In this document: positions 1-7,020 of the stretch, piece by piece
Layout of the letters: each line of letters opens with the position of its first letter
Numbering within the stretch: position 1 is the stretch's first letter
DNA from: a virus
Length of the DNA stretch: 13,309 bases
Virus genome (UHGV): UHGV-0315017
Direction: 5' to 3' (one strand)
Made by a program: the position numbers and the translations under genes
Notes under the pieces: model-generated
Seen by the model: the letters and a program-made list of their open reading frames with translations, nothing else
The model's database searches: none
What the model was told of the DNA's origin: nothing

Positions 1-1
1 G

Positions 2-331
2 CCAGGCACGCCGGCGCAGCGTATTAATGCTCTGACTGATCATACCGATCTGATGACGACGCTGATGCAACGCCTGCTACATGTCAGCACACCTGCCAGC
101 GAATATTCGCAAGGTCAGGATTTGTTCAACCCTCAACGCCGCCATTACTGGGTTACCGCCGCGGATAACGATACGCTGGCAATTACCACCCCGAAAAAGA
201 CGCTGGTGCTGAACAATAACGGTAAATACCGCACTTACAACTTACGTGGTGAAAGAGTGAAAGATGAAAAACCACAGTTAAGTCTGTTATTGCAAGTACT
301 GACAGACGAGAAGCGTTTTATCGCTAACTGA
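2..331 (+). CDS. yejM: 3' end of upstream host gene, partial (open from window edge); probably inner-membrane protein YejM/PbgA C-terminus
   Basis: Reading frame is open from position 2 to TGA at 329-331 (ORF track starts it at Met 53). Lies directly upstream of tRNA-Pro, as yejM does in E. coli (synteny recalled, not searched). Confidence 0.5.
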   Translation, partial: PGTPAQRINALTDHTDLMTTLMQRLLHVSTPASEYSQGQDLFNPQRRHYWVTAADNDTLAITTPKKTLVLNNNGKYRTYNLRGERVKDEKPQLSLLLQVLTDEKRFIAN

Positions 332-350
332 TTAATTATAAATCAGTTAG
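324..350 (+). other. Stem-loop overlapping the stop codon of the upstream gene (10-bp arms CTAACTGATT / AATCAGTTAG, 7-nt loop)
   Basis: Perfect inverted repeat read directly. No U-tract follows, so more likely a processing or attenuation structure than an intrinsic terminator. Confidence 0.35.
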
Positions 351-405
351 CAAAATATCTTACTTGCAATCGGTGTGGAAAACGGTAGTATTAGTAGCCA
401 CGAGT

Positions 406-482
406 CGGCACGTAGCGCAGCCTGGTAGCGCACCGTCATGGGGTGTCGGGGGTCGGAGGTTCAAATCCTCTCGTGCCGACCA
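406..482 (+). tRNA. proL: tRNA-Pro, anticodon GGG
   Basis: 77-nt sequence CGGCACGTAGCGCAGCCTGGTAGCGCACCGTCATGGGGTGTCGGGGGTCGGAGGTTCAAATCCTCTCGTGCCGACCA; cloverleaf features (GTAGCGCAGCCTGGTAGCGC D-arm, GGTTCAAATCC T-arm, U-GGG-G anticodon loop, encoded CCA). Confidence 0.9.
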
Positions 483-487
483 AATCG
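461..487 (+). other. Putative attL core (3' end of tRNA-Pro), partner of a degenerate copy at 12004-12035
   Basis: TCAAATCCTCTCGTGCCGACCAAATC here versus TTAAACTACTCTCGTGGACCAAAAATC at the far end of the element (CTCTCGTG...GACCAAA shared). Confidence 0.5.
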
Positions 488-489
488 CC

Positions 490-507
490 CACCGGAAAGC
501 ACCGGAT
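490..507 (+). promoter_or_regulatory. Paired direct repeat CACCGGA-N3-CACCGGA (candidate recombination-directionality or regulator binding site)
   Basis: Same paired motif recurs at 564-580 and 2394-2410; read directly. Confidence 0.35.
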
Positions 508-520
508 AAGACAGGGATAA

Positions 521-551
521 CCCGCTAATCACTTGATTGGCGGGTTTTTTT
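521..551 (+). terminator. Rho-independent terminator downstream of tRNA-Pro
   Basis: CCCGCTAATC / GATTGGCGGG stem (one U-G wobble), 4-nt loop, followed by TTTTTTT. Confidence 0.7.
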
Positions 552-563
552 ATGTTTTTTAGT

Positions 564-580
564 CACCGAACATCACCGGA
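564..580 (+). promoter_or_regulatory. Paired direct repeat CACCGA-N5-CACCGGA (second copy of the CACCGGA motif pair)
   Basis: TCACCGAACATCACCGGATT resembles TCACCGGAATACACCGGATT at 2392-2412. Confidence 0.35.
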
Positions 581-603
581 TTTATAAGCTATCAGCCGGA
601 TTT

Positions 604-660
604 TTTAGTTATACGTTTAGTTATACGGGCTGGCGTATAACTAAAGCCGTATAACTAAAA
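604..660. repeat. Arm-type repeat cluster: two direct copies of TTAGTTATACG followed by two inverted copies CGTATAACTAA (candidate integrase arm sites)
   Basis: TTAGTTATACGTTTAGTTATACGG gctgg CGTATAACTAAAGCCGTATAACTAA read directly; the direct-copy half recurs at 11928-11952. Confidence 0.55.
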
Positions 661-690
661 CCCTGTTTTTTCGTGTGGAATCATAGACAT

Positions 691-1932
691 ATGGCGAGAA
701 AAACACACCCATTAACCACAGTGCAGATCAAAGCAGCCAGACCAGCGCAAAAGGAGTACACCCTGCAGGACGGCGGAGGGCTTTTTCTCCTGGTCAAACC
801 GTCTGGATCAAAACTCTGGAGATTTTCCTACTACCGACCATCGGACAAAAAAAGAATATTGCTGAGTTTTGGATCGCTTGAAGATGTTTCCCTGGCTGAT
901 GCCAGAAAACGCCGTAGCGAGTACAGGACGTTAATCAGTGCCGGAACTGACCCGCAGGACCACGAGAGGCAAAAAAGAGAGACAGAGGCCCGAAGACAAG
1001 GGAACACGTTCGAAAATGTGGCGGCGGCATGGTACCAGGTGAAAATCAGCCAGAATCTGGCCCCCAACACGATTAAAGACATCTGGCGTTCGCTGGATAA
1101 ATATGTATTCCCGTTCATCGGCAACACGCCAATAGATACCCTCACCGCCCGAAGGTTCGTTGAAGTGCTTACCCCCATCAAGGAGCGCGGCAACCTGGAA
1201 ACACTCAAGCGGGTTTTACAGCGCGTTAATGAGGTAATGGATTACGCCGCCAACAGTGGGCTGATTGATGCCAATCCGGCTATGAATGTGCGTAAGGCGT
1301 TTCCCTCACCTGTAAAAAAACATATGCCAACAATCCGCCCCGAACAGCTGCCGGAGCTTATGCAGGCTTTATCAGTATCGGCAACAGAACGGCAGACCAG
1401 ATTACTGATTGAATGGCAGTTACTGACCGTAACCCGTCCCGCCGAAGCGTCATCAACGCGGTGGGATGAAATCAACCTGGACGCGAAGCAATGGACGATA
1501 CCTGCCGGACGCATGAAGATGCGCAGGGATCACGTTATCCCGCTTTCCGGTCAGGCTATGGCGGTGCTGGAGGCCATGAAACCAATCAGCCACCACCGCA
1601 ATTACGTTTTCCCAAGTCTGAAAGACCCACAGCAGCCGATGAACAGCCAGACAGCTAACGCAGCATTGCGGCGTATGGGATTCGCTGGCGTGCTGGTGTC
1701 TCATGGATTACGCGCCATATTCAGCACAGCAGCGAACGAGGAAGGATTCGAGCCGGACGTAATAGAGGCGGCACTTGCCCACGTCGACACCAACGAAGTT
1801 AGACGGGCATACAACCGGAGCAACTACATAGAAAAACGCATCGTGCTGATGCGCTGGTGGGGCGAATTTGTCGAGGCTGCGGCGACGGGCGTAACCCTCG
1901 CCAGTGGTAAAAGGGGTATCCGAGCCGTGTAG
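691..1932 (+). CDS. int: Tyrosine recombinase / integrase, P4 type
   Basis: N-terminal region (LTTVQIKAARP...YTLQDGGGLFLLVKPSGSKLWRFSYY) typical of P4-family integrases; C-terminal catalytic region with HGLR and terminal Tyr motifs (VSHGLRAIFSTAA...AYNRSNY). ATG at 691 preferred over GTG at 673 from the ORF track. Confidence 0.9.
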   Translation: MARKTHPLTTVQIKAARPAQKEYTLQDGGGLFLLVKPSGSKLWRFSYYRPSDKKRILLSFGSLEDVSLADARKRRSEYRTLISAGTDPQDHERQKRETEARRQGNTFENVAAAWYQVKISQNLAPNTIKDIWRSLDKYVFPFIGNTPIDTLTARRFVEVLTPIKERGNLETLKRVLQRVNEVMDYAANSGLIDANPAMNVRKAFPSPVKKHMPTIRPEQLPELMQALSVSATERQTRLLIEWQLLTVTRPAEASSTRWDEINLDAKQWTIPAGRMKMRRDHVIPLSGQAMAVLEAMKPISHHRNYVFPSLKDPQQPMNSQTANAALRRMGFAGVLVSHGLRAIFSTAANEEGFEPDVIEAALAHVDTNEVRRAYNRSNYIEKRIVLMRWWGEFVEAAATGVTLASGKRGIRAV

Positions 1933-2009
1933 CTGTACAGAAAACCAGTAAAAACTACGAAAACCATGTAAAACCGTCGTATAATTGCATCAAATTTAAC
2001 GACAAGGCC

Positions 2010-2261
2010 GTGAAACATGAAACCGTTAAGATGCAAAAAAATATCAGATGCAATTGCGACGGGCTGCAACTGGCCCTGATGGTTCAGCATGAATTTTGGT
2101 CAACCTACGATCCGGAGGACAGGACGACGGCCCCATCAAAAAAACAGGTAGTAGATTTTCTGGTATCCCGTGGCGCTTCCAGAAATCTGGCGGTAAGTAT
2201 TGATAAGGTCGTACGTCCGGCATCTATGAAGATCGGAGGCAGGCCCAAAAAATGGCGGTAA
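2010..2261 (+). CDS. Hypothetical small protein (83 aa); weak call
   Basis: ORF without a convincing Shine-Dalgarno sequence; followed closely by a strong terminator; could instead be a non-coding leader. Confidence 0.3.
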   Translation: MKHETVKMQKNIRCNCDGLQLALMVQHEFWSTYDPEDRTTAPSKKQVVDFLVSRGASRNLAVSIDKVVRPASMKIGGRPKKWR

Positions 2262-2272
2262 CAATCCTGGAA

Positions 2273-2295
2273 GCGGCAGAAATGCCGCTTTTTTT
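2273..2295 (+). terminator. Rho-independent terminator
   Basis: GCGGCAGAAATGCCGC hairpin followed by TTTTTTT. Confidence 0.7.
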
Positions 2296-2393
2296 ATAAT
2301 TCCATTTCAAATCATCAATATAAAAAACGGTGTATACCGTTTAAAAACGGTGGGAACTGTTTTTACCCATATCCGATGATTTACCGTATTTGT

Positions 2394-2410
2394 CACCGGA
2401 ATACACCGGA
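2394..2410 (+). promoter_or_regulatory. Paired direct repeat CACCGGA-N3-CACCGGA just upstream of the AlpA-like gene
   Basis: GTCACCGGAATACACCGGATT 19-35 nt upstream of the ATG at 2429; same motif pair as near attL. Confidence 0.35.
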
Positions 2411-2428
2411 TTCACAAGGTAAATCACG

Positions 2429-2635
2429 ATGGAAGCAATCAGAAAAATTATCTTTCGCCAGGAAGTAAAAAAAATTATCCACATCAAGGCAGACAGCACG
2501 CTGCAAAGCATGATCAACGCCGGAGAATTTCCGCAGGGTTTTCGCGTTGGTTTACGCCGTCGCGGATGGTATGAGGATGATGTGTTGGCCTGGCAGAAAG
2601 AACGCGAACAGGAAGCACGCGGAACGGCTGCTTAA
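2429..2635 (+). CDS. alpA: AlpA-family (prophage regulatory / excisionase-like) helix-turn-helix protein
   Basis: 68 aa; spacing of conserved residues (STL..I..G.FP....LG.R..GW.E.DV..W) matches the AlpA/Xis-like family as recalled; position after int is typical for P4-like and PICI elements. Confidence 0.75.
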   Translation: MEAIRKIIFRQEVKKIIHIKADSTLQSMINAGEFPQGFRVGLRRRGWYEDDVLAWQKEREQEARGTAA

Positions 2636-2660
2636 CGGGTATCACAGATATGACAAACAC

Positions 2661-2688
2661 GAAAAAAGCGGCCCCGATATGGAGCCGC
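2661..2688 (-). terminator. Probable terminator for the leftward RHH operon
   Basis: GCGGC / GCCGC stem with 11-nt loop; on the minus strand it is followed by a T6 run (plus-strand CGAAAAAA at 2661-2667). Confidence 0.45.
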
Positions 2689-2783
2689 CTTTCTGAACAA
2701 TTAACCCGCTGCGCCTTATGTGTATGTGATCCCAAACATAAGCACGGGGATGATAGCCGCTATCAGGCTGGTGGGCAATGCAA

Positions 2784-2972
2784 TCAGTCTGGTTCAGTTC
2801 GTTGCCATACCTGCAATGAGCGCTTTTCCCTATACTCTTTAAGGAATTGCTCAAGGGCAAAAGCACATGGCGCGAATCTTTCTGATTCATGCTCTATCTT
2901 TCTGCGCCGTCTTTTCCGTGCCGGTGATAATGTTTTGGTCAATTCTTTATCAGTCATTGTGTTGTCCTGCAT
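2784..2972 (-). CDS. Hypothetical basic small protein, downstream partner of the RHH gene (alternative start at 2957 has a better SD)
   Basis: 62-aa ORF with KRRRRK basic patch; ATG at 2957 is preceded by AGGAC; convergent with alpA and ends before the terminator at 2661-2688. Confidence 0.4.
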   Translation of the reverse strand: MQDNTMTDKELTKTLSPARKRRRRKIEHESERFAPCAFALEQFLKEYREKRSLQVWQRTEPD

Positions 2973-3014
2973 AGCAATGCGCCGTAATACCTCACACCAC
3001 GGCGCTGATAGTGA

Positions 3015-3194
3015 TTATTCTGATTCTTTGGCCTTGCGGCGCTGGCGGCGTTTGATCTCGCCTTCAAGTGCCGAAACGATAAATTGCCCTGTACTTTCGC
3101 CATCTTCCTTTAAATTTTCTACAGCATCAGCTATTGCGTGAGGTACTCGAGCCTCAAGCTTTTTGGATTTTGCATTAACTGCTTTTGTTGCCAT
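3015..3194 (-). CDS. Ribbon-helix-helix (CopG/Arc-like) DNA-binding protein, candidate island repressor
   Basis: Internal start MATKAVNAKSKKLEARVPHAIADAVENLKEDGESTGQFIVSALEGEI: basic beta-strand then two helices; GAGGAA SD 7 nt upstream of the ATG at 3194. The ORF-track 5' extension to 3323 is rejected. Confidence 0.65.
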   Translation of the reverse strand: MATKAVNAKSKKLEARVPHAIADAVENLKEDGESTGQFIVSALEGEIKRRQRRKAKESE

Positions 3195-3363
3195 ATCTGA
3201 TTTCCTCGTTATTAGGTGGCTGACAGTATACACACAAGAAAACGGAAAAACACTATTGACGTGGCTGACACCTTTATCAAGGTAATCGATGAAAAGACAA
3301 AGCCCCGCAAGTGTCGTTACCACTCGCAGGGCTTCTAACCAACAACGTAAACTAGGAGCCGTT
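3195..3363. promoter_or_regulatory. Divergent promoter region with direct repeats GTGGCTGACA (3215-3224 and 3260-3269)
   Basis: One repeat overlaps a rightward TTGACG -35-like hexamer, the other lies beside a leftward TATACT -10-like hexamer. Confidence 0.5.
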
Positions 3364-3561
3364 ATGGTTGCTGTAAATCATATACCACACCTTGTACACA
3401 CACAAACGGCCTTTGTGTGGCGTTTTCTGGCACTGAGTGCCGGAGAATCTCAAATCATCCACGTAACCGCCTGGACGGAACGCGAAGCGCGTGGCCGTTG
3501 CCCGTCCGGTTGTGTTGCAGTATTCGCCGCCCGTATTCGTCAGGGGTCACATCATGCGTAA
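3364..3561 (+). CDS. Hypothetical small protein, paralog A (65 aa)
   Basis: AGGAG SD 7 nt upstream; shares FVWRF...TEREAR...ARIRQG motifs with the product of 3848-4015. Confidence 0.5.
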   Translation: MVAVNHIPHLVHTQTAFVWRFLALSAGESQIIHVTAWTEREARGRCPSGCVAVFAARIRQGSHHA

Positions 3562-3639
3562 AAACCGCTTGCAAAAAATTATAACGGGGCTGTATGCTTC
3601 CCCCGTCGCCCACATGGCGACCGGGTTTAGCAGCCTGAA

Positions 3640-3683
3640 TACTGTAGCGGACAGCCGCTTATATTCCGATATGCGGTTTTTTT
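3640..3683 (+). terminator. Hairpin plus T-run between the two paralog genes
   Basis: AGCGGACAGCCGCT and CCGC..ATAT/ATATGCGG stems followed by TTTTTTT (3677-3683). Confidence 0.4.
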
Positions 3684-3847
3684 GTGTCCGTAAGCCTACC
3701 CATACCCGCATTATGGCGGGGCGTAACGGGGGAGCCTTTGCGCTCGCTGGTTCCTACAGTGCCAGTCTGCTAACCCTGTTACGTCTCGCCACCCCGTTTA
3801 GCAGCGTAGTAGCGAGACTCCTTAAAATTACTGTAGGAGCCTTTCAC

Positions 3848-4015
3848 ATGGCTGTATCCGCACGCCCTTACTTTGTCTGGCGCTTTATGCAGTGCCAGGA
3901 AAAACAAACATCACTCTTTACCGTCACGGCAGCAACAGAACGCGAAGCCCGCGCCCAGCTGCCGCACGCACATCTGATTTTTGTCGCCCGTATTCGTCAG
4001 GGGGTAGGCTTATGA
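3848..4015 (+). CDS. Hypothetical small protein, paralog B (55 aa)
   Basis: AGGAGCC SD 9 nt upstream of ATG 3848; C-terminal 46 aa align with paralog A. The 174-aa ORF-track call from 3491 is rejected. Confidence 0.5.
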   Translation: MAVSARPYFVWRFMQCQEKQTSLFTVTAATEREARAQLPHAHLIFVARIRQGVGL

Positions 4016-4242
4016 GCCAGGAAATCACACTACAACAGGCAGCAGAACGCGCCCACCAAATCGAAGTTATTTGCGCACTGGCAGAGGATTACCCTGGCAT
4101 GATGACCGACAGCGAATCAGGGGCAATCATCGGCTTACTTAAACGCCTTAGCGGTGAGGTCTGCGTATTCCTGATCGATGAACAGGAAAGAAGAACGCTT
4201 ATTTCTAACGAAAAAAAATGCGGAGGGGTACATGTGCAATAA
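4012..4242 (+). CDS. Hypothetical protein (76 aa), translationally coupled to paralog B (ATGA overlap)
   Basis: Internal Met of ORF 3892-4242 with start overlapping the upstream stop; no recognisable motif. Confidence 0.45.
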   Translation: MSQEITLQQAAERAHQIEVICALAEDYPGMMTDSESGAIIGLLKRLSGEVCVFLIDEQERRTLISNEKKCGGVHVQ

Positions 4243-4462
4243 AACCACACCGGACGCAGCAGAAGAAGCAATGCAAATACTGATACGTGCGCTCGTTGAT
4301 GTTACCCACATGGTGGAGATTATGGAGAGAAAATCACAGTCGGAGCACGACAAAAGAAAACTTAAAACAATAAAAATAATTGCCAAAAACTCGCTGATAA
4401 AAGTTACAGACATCCTTAATGAGGACATTAAAAGAATAAGGGAGAAAATTTGTGATGCATAA
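4232..4462 (+). CDS. Hypothetical protein (76 aa) in AT-rich segment
   Basis: GGAGGGG SD 5-6 nt before ATG 4232; Lys/Ile/Glu-rich, predicted helical; composition visibly more AT-rich than flanks. Confidence 0.5.
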   Translation: MCNKTTPDAAEEAMQILIRALVDVTHMVEIMERKSQSEHDKRKLKTIKIIAKNSLIKVTDILNEDIKRIREKICDA

Positions 4463-4682
4463 AATCGATTTTGAAGTATTAATCCACTCTGAAAACGCAT
4501 TAATTAAAGCACGCGAAATGAATGCGTTGTTAATTAAATTAATTGAAGTGCCGGAAGGTGGCGAAGATCATTCATCATTAATGTTTGCCGCTGTTCAGAC
4601 ATTATTGACACCTGTTATTGATGAACTCAATAAGGCTATGGCAATTCACGAGAATAATAAAGCGCCCCACACCGGAGAATAA
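4455..4682 (+). CDS. Hypothetical protein (75 aa) in AT-rich segment, overlaps the previous gene
   Basis: GGAGAA SD 8 nt before ATG 4455; start overlaps the stop of 4232-4462. Confidence 0.5.
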   Translation: MHKIDFEVLIHSENALIKAREMNALLIKLIEVPEGGEDHSSLMFAAVQTLLTPVIDELNKAMAIHENNKAPHTGE

Positions 4683-4687
4683 AAATA

Positions 4688-4987
4688 ATGAAACTTAAAT
4701 ATTCTGGCTTAACTGCCAGTGGCAAAACTCGCACTAAATTCATGCGCGGTGATATTTACCGCGACCAGTACGGCGGCACGGTAATGATTAAGGGCGTGGA
4801 GGAACGGCGCATCACCTACCGTCGTGAAGGCTACGAATATGATTGCGTGATGCCTGTTTATCAGTTTCGGCGTGATTTTTCTCTGGTACAGGCAGCGCCC
4901 CGCAGTAAACCAACCAGCAGGGAGAAAGCACGCGCCAATATTCAGGAAATAAAAAAGATGCTTAACGTATTCAGGGGTAAAAAATGA
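4688..4987 (+). CDS. Hypothetical protein (99 aa) immediately upstream of and coupled to the primase gene
   Basis: GGAGAA SD; stop overlaps the primase start (ATGA at 4984-4987). Confidence 0.55.
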   Translation: MKLKYSGLTASGKTRTKFMRGDIYRDQYGGTVMIKGVEERRITYRREGYEYDCVMPVYQFRRDFSLVQAAPRSKPTSREKARANIQEIKKMLNVFRGKK

Positions 4988-6732
4988 AACTGGCACCGAA
5001 CGTAAAAAAACAACCACGCGGAATAAAACACAAAGACACAGAGGTAATTATTTTCGCGGGTAGTGATGCGTGGGCACATGCAAAACAGTGGCAGGAGCAG
5101 GACGGCCCCGCATCCGGCGATAATGTGCCGCCTGTGTGGCTTGGGCCAAATCAGCTTGCCGAACTTGATGCACTGAAAATTGTTCCGGATGGAAAAAAAC
5201 GCGTAAGGCTGTACCAGGCCGGAGAACTGGATTTGGTGGAGACCAAAAAGATTGGTCAGAAGCTGGCGGCGGCAGATATTCAGGACGCAAATTTTTACCA
5301 CGAAGGAATGCACGTCCAGAAGTGTGAAAACTGGCGGCGCTATCTGAATGCTGAGCGTGAAAATATTGCCGCAGGGCTTACCATGCCGGAGCAGAAAAAT
5401 ACGCAACTGGCACAAATGGCAGACAGTGAGCGCGCGCAGCTGCTTGCCGAGCGCTTTGATGGCGTTTGTGTGCATCAGGAAAGTGAAATCGTTCACGTAT
5501 GGCGCGGCGGGGTATGGTGTCCGGTCAGCACAATGGAACTTAGCCGCGAAATGGTGGCGATCTATTCAGAGCACAGGGCCACTTTCAGCAAGCGCGTAAT
5601 CAATAACGCCGTGGAAGCGTTAAAAGTTATTGCCGAACCAATGGGCGAGCCGTCCGGCGATTTGCTGCCGTTCGCCAATGGTGCGCTTGACCTGAAAACG
5701 GGGGAATTTTCCCCGCACACGCCGGAGAACTGGATCACCACGCACAACGGCATTGAGTACACGCCACCAGCACCTGGGGAGAACATCCGCGATAACGCGC
5801 CAAACTTTCATAAATGGCTTAAGCACGCAGCCGGAAAAGACCCGCGCAAGATGATGCGTATATGTGCCGCGCTGTACATGATTATGGCGAACCGGTACGA
5901 CTGGCAGATGTTTATTGAGGCCACCGGAGACGGCGGGAGCGGTAAAAGTACATTCACGCACATAGCCAGCCTTCTGGCAGGGAAACAGAACACGGTAAGC
6001 GCTGAAATGACATCGCTTGATGATGCTGGTGGACGTGCGCAGGTTGTCGGGAGTCGTCTTATCGTCCTGGCTGACCAGCCGAAATATACAGGCGAAGGAA
6101 CGGGCATCAAGAAAATCACGGGCGGTGACCCCGTGGAAATTAACCCGAAATACGAAAAGCGTTTCACGGCTGTAATCAGGGCGGTGGTGCTGGCGACCAA
6201 CAATAACCCGATGATATTCACCGAACGGGCCGGAGGTGTGGCACGTCGTCGCGTGATTTTCCGTTTCGACAATATCGTCAGTGAGGCCGAAAAAGACAGG
6301 GAGCTACCGGAAAAGATCGCGGCTGAAATCCCTGTCATTATCCGCCGATTGCTGGCGAACTTTACCGACCCTGAGAAGGCACGGGCTTTACTACTGGAAC
6401 AGCGTGACGGTGATGAAGCTCTGGCAATAAAGCAACAGACGGATCCGGTTATTGAGTTTTGCCAGTTCCTGAATTTTCTGGAGGAAGCACGCGGCCTGAT
6501 GATGGGCGGCGGTGGCGATTCAGTGAAGTACACGACCAGGAACAGCCTTTACCGCGTCTATCTGGCGTTTATGGCATACGCAGGCAGGAGCAAACCGCTA
6601 AACGTAAATGACTTTGGCAAGGCTATGAAGCCTGCCGCAAAAGTTTACGGACATGAATATATTACGCGGAAAGTTAAGGGGGTAACGCAGACTAACGCAA
6701 TAACAACAGACGAGTGCGACGCGTTTTTATAA
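4984..6732 (+). CDS. Replication initiator: primase / SF3 (D5-like) helicase, P4 alpha-like C-terminal region
   Basis: 582 aa with Walker A GDGGSGKST and downstream helicase-like motifs; size and position match the pri-rep genes of P4-like and PICI elements. Confidence 0.85.
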   Translation: MKLAPNVKKQPRGIKHKDTEVIIFAGSDAWAHAKQWQEQDGPASGDNVPPVWLGPNQLAELDALKIVPDGKKRVRLYQAGELDLVETKKIGQKLAAADIQDANFYHEGMHVQKCENWRRYLNAERENIAAGLTMPEQKNTQLAQMADSERAQLLAERFDGVCVHQESEIVHVWRGGVWCPVSTMELSREMVAIYSEHRATFSKRVINNAVEALKVIAEPMGEPSGDLLPFANGALDLKTGEFSPHTPENWITTHNGIEYTPPAPGENIRDNAPNFHKWLKHAAGKDPRKMMRICAALYMIMANRYDWQMFIEATGDGGSGKSTFTHIASLLAGKQNTVSAEMTSLDDAGGRAQVVGSRLIVLADQPKYTGEGTGIKKITGGDPVEINPKYEKRFTAVIRAVVLATNNNPMIFTERAGGVARRRVIFRFDNIVSEAEKDRELPEKIAAEIPVIIRRLLANFTDPEKARALLLEQRDGDEALAIKQQTDPVIEFCQFLNFLEEARGLMMGGGGDSVKYTTRNSLYRVYLAFMAYAGRSKPLNVNDFGKAMKPAAKVYGHEYITRKVKGVTQTNAITTDECDAFL

Positions 6733-6744
6733 TTTTTTGTAATT

Positions 6745-6972
6745 GCTGTCTACCCTGTCTACCCGAGTAAAGAAAAATACATTTAATTCAGTGCATTAAG
6801 TTAGGTAGATGGCCTTTTTTTACTGTCTACCCACTATCTACCCTCTCTACCTGATTTTACCTGAATCAGACAGGGAGGTAGACACGGGGTAGATACTGGA
6901 TAAAAGCACTCTACCCCGCTGAAAGCCGCGCCATTACTGGTATGAGGGCCACTAAGGTAGATAAGGTAGACA
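6745..6972. repeat. Iteron array (candidate replication origin): about 12 copies of TCTACC(C) / GGTAGA(C/T) in both orientations
   Basis: CTGTCTACCCTGTCTACCC, GGTAGATGG, CTGTCTACCCACTATCTACCCTCTCTACC, GAGGTAGACACGGGGTAGAT, CTCTACCCC, AAGGTAGATAAGGTAGAC; non-coding and immediately downstream of the primase-helicase gene. Confidence 0.65.
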
Positions 6973-7020
6973 AGGGGAGGCACAACTCAAAACTTTTTAA
7001 ACGAGGGGGTAAAAATAAAT

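Noticed and set aside
831-1704. Three minus-strand ORFs (125, 90 and 83 aa) inside the integrase gene
   Set aside because: Antisense to a well-supported integrase CDS, no ribosome-binding sites, low-complexity translations; typical shadow ORFs.
2650-3141. 163-aa plus-strand ORF between alpA and the early operon
   Set aside because: Cys/Ser/Arg-rich low-complexity translation with no SD; it spans the hairpin terminator at 2661-2688 and overlaps the better-supported minus-strand RHH gene and its partner.
3015-3323. 102-aa extended form of the RHH gene
   Set aside because: The N-terminal 43 residues are hydrophobic, have no SD and cover the divergent promoter/operator region; the internal ATG at 3194 has a GAGGAA SD and gives a canonical RHH-sized protein.
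3491-4015. 174-aa ORF treated as a single gene
   Set aside because: Its 5' part overlaps paralog A in another frame and runs through the hairpin/T-run at 3640-3683. Only the last 55 codons (from ATG 3848, with an AGGAG SD) align with paralog A, so the short form is preferred.
5808-6533. 241-aa minus-strand ORF inside the primase-helicase gene
   Set aside because: Antisense shadow ORF with an Arg/Ser-rich translation; the plus-strand product has helicase motifs.
6745-6972. Possible CRISPR array, suggested by the short repeated TCTACC motifs
   Set aside because: Repeats are 6-8 bp, irregularly spaced and in both orientations, with no spacer-like unique segments; this is iteron architecture.
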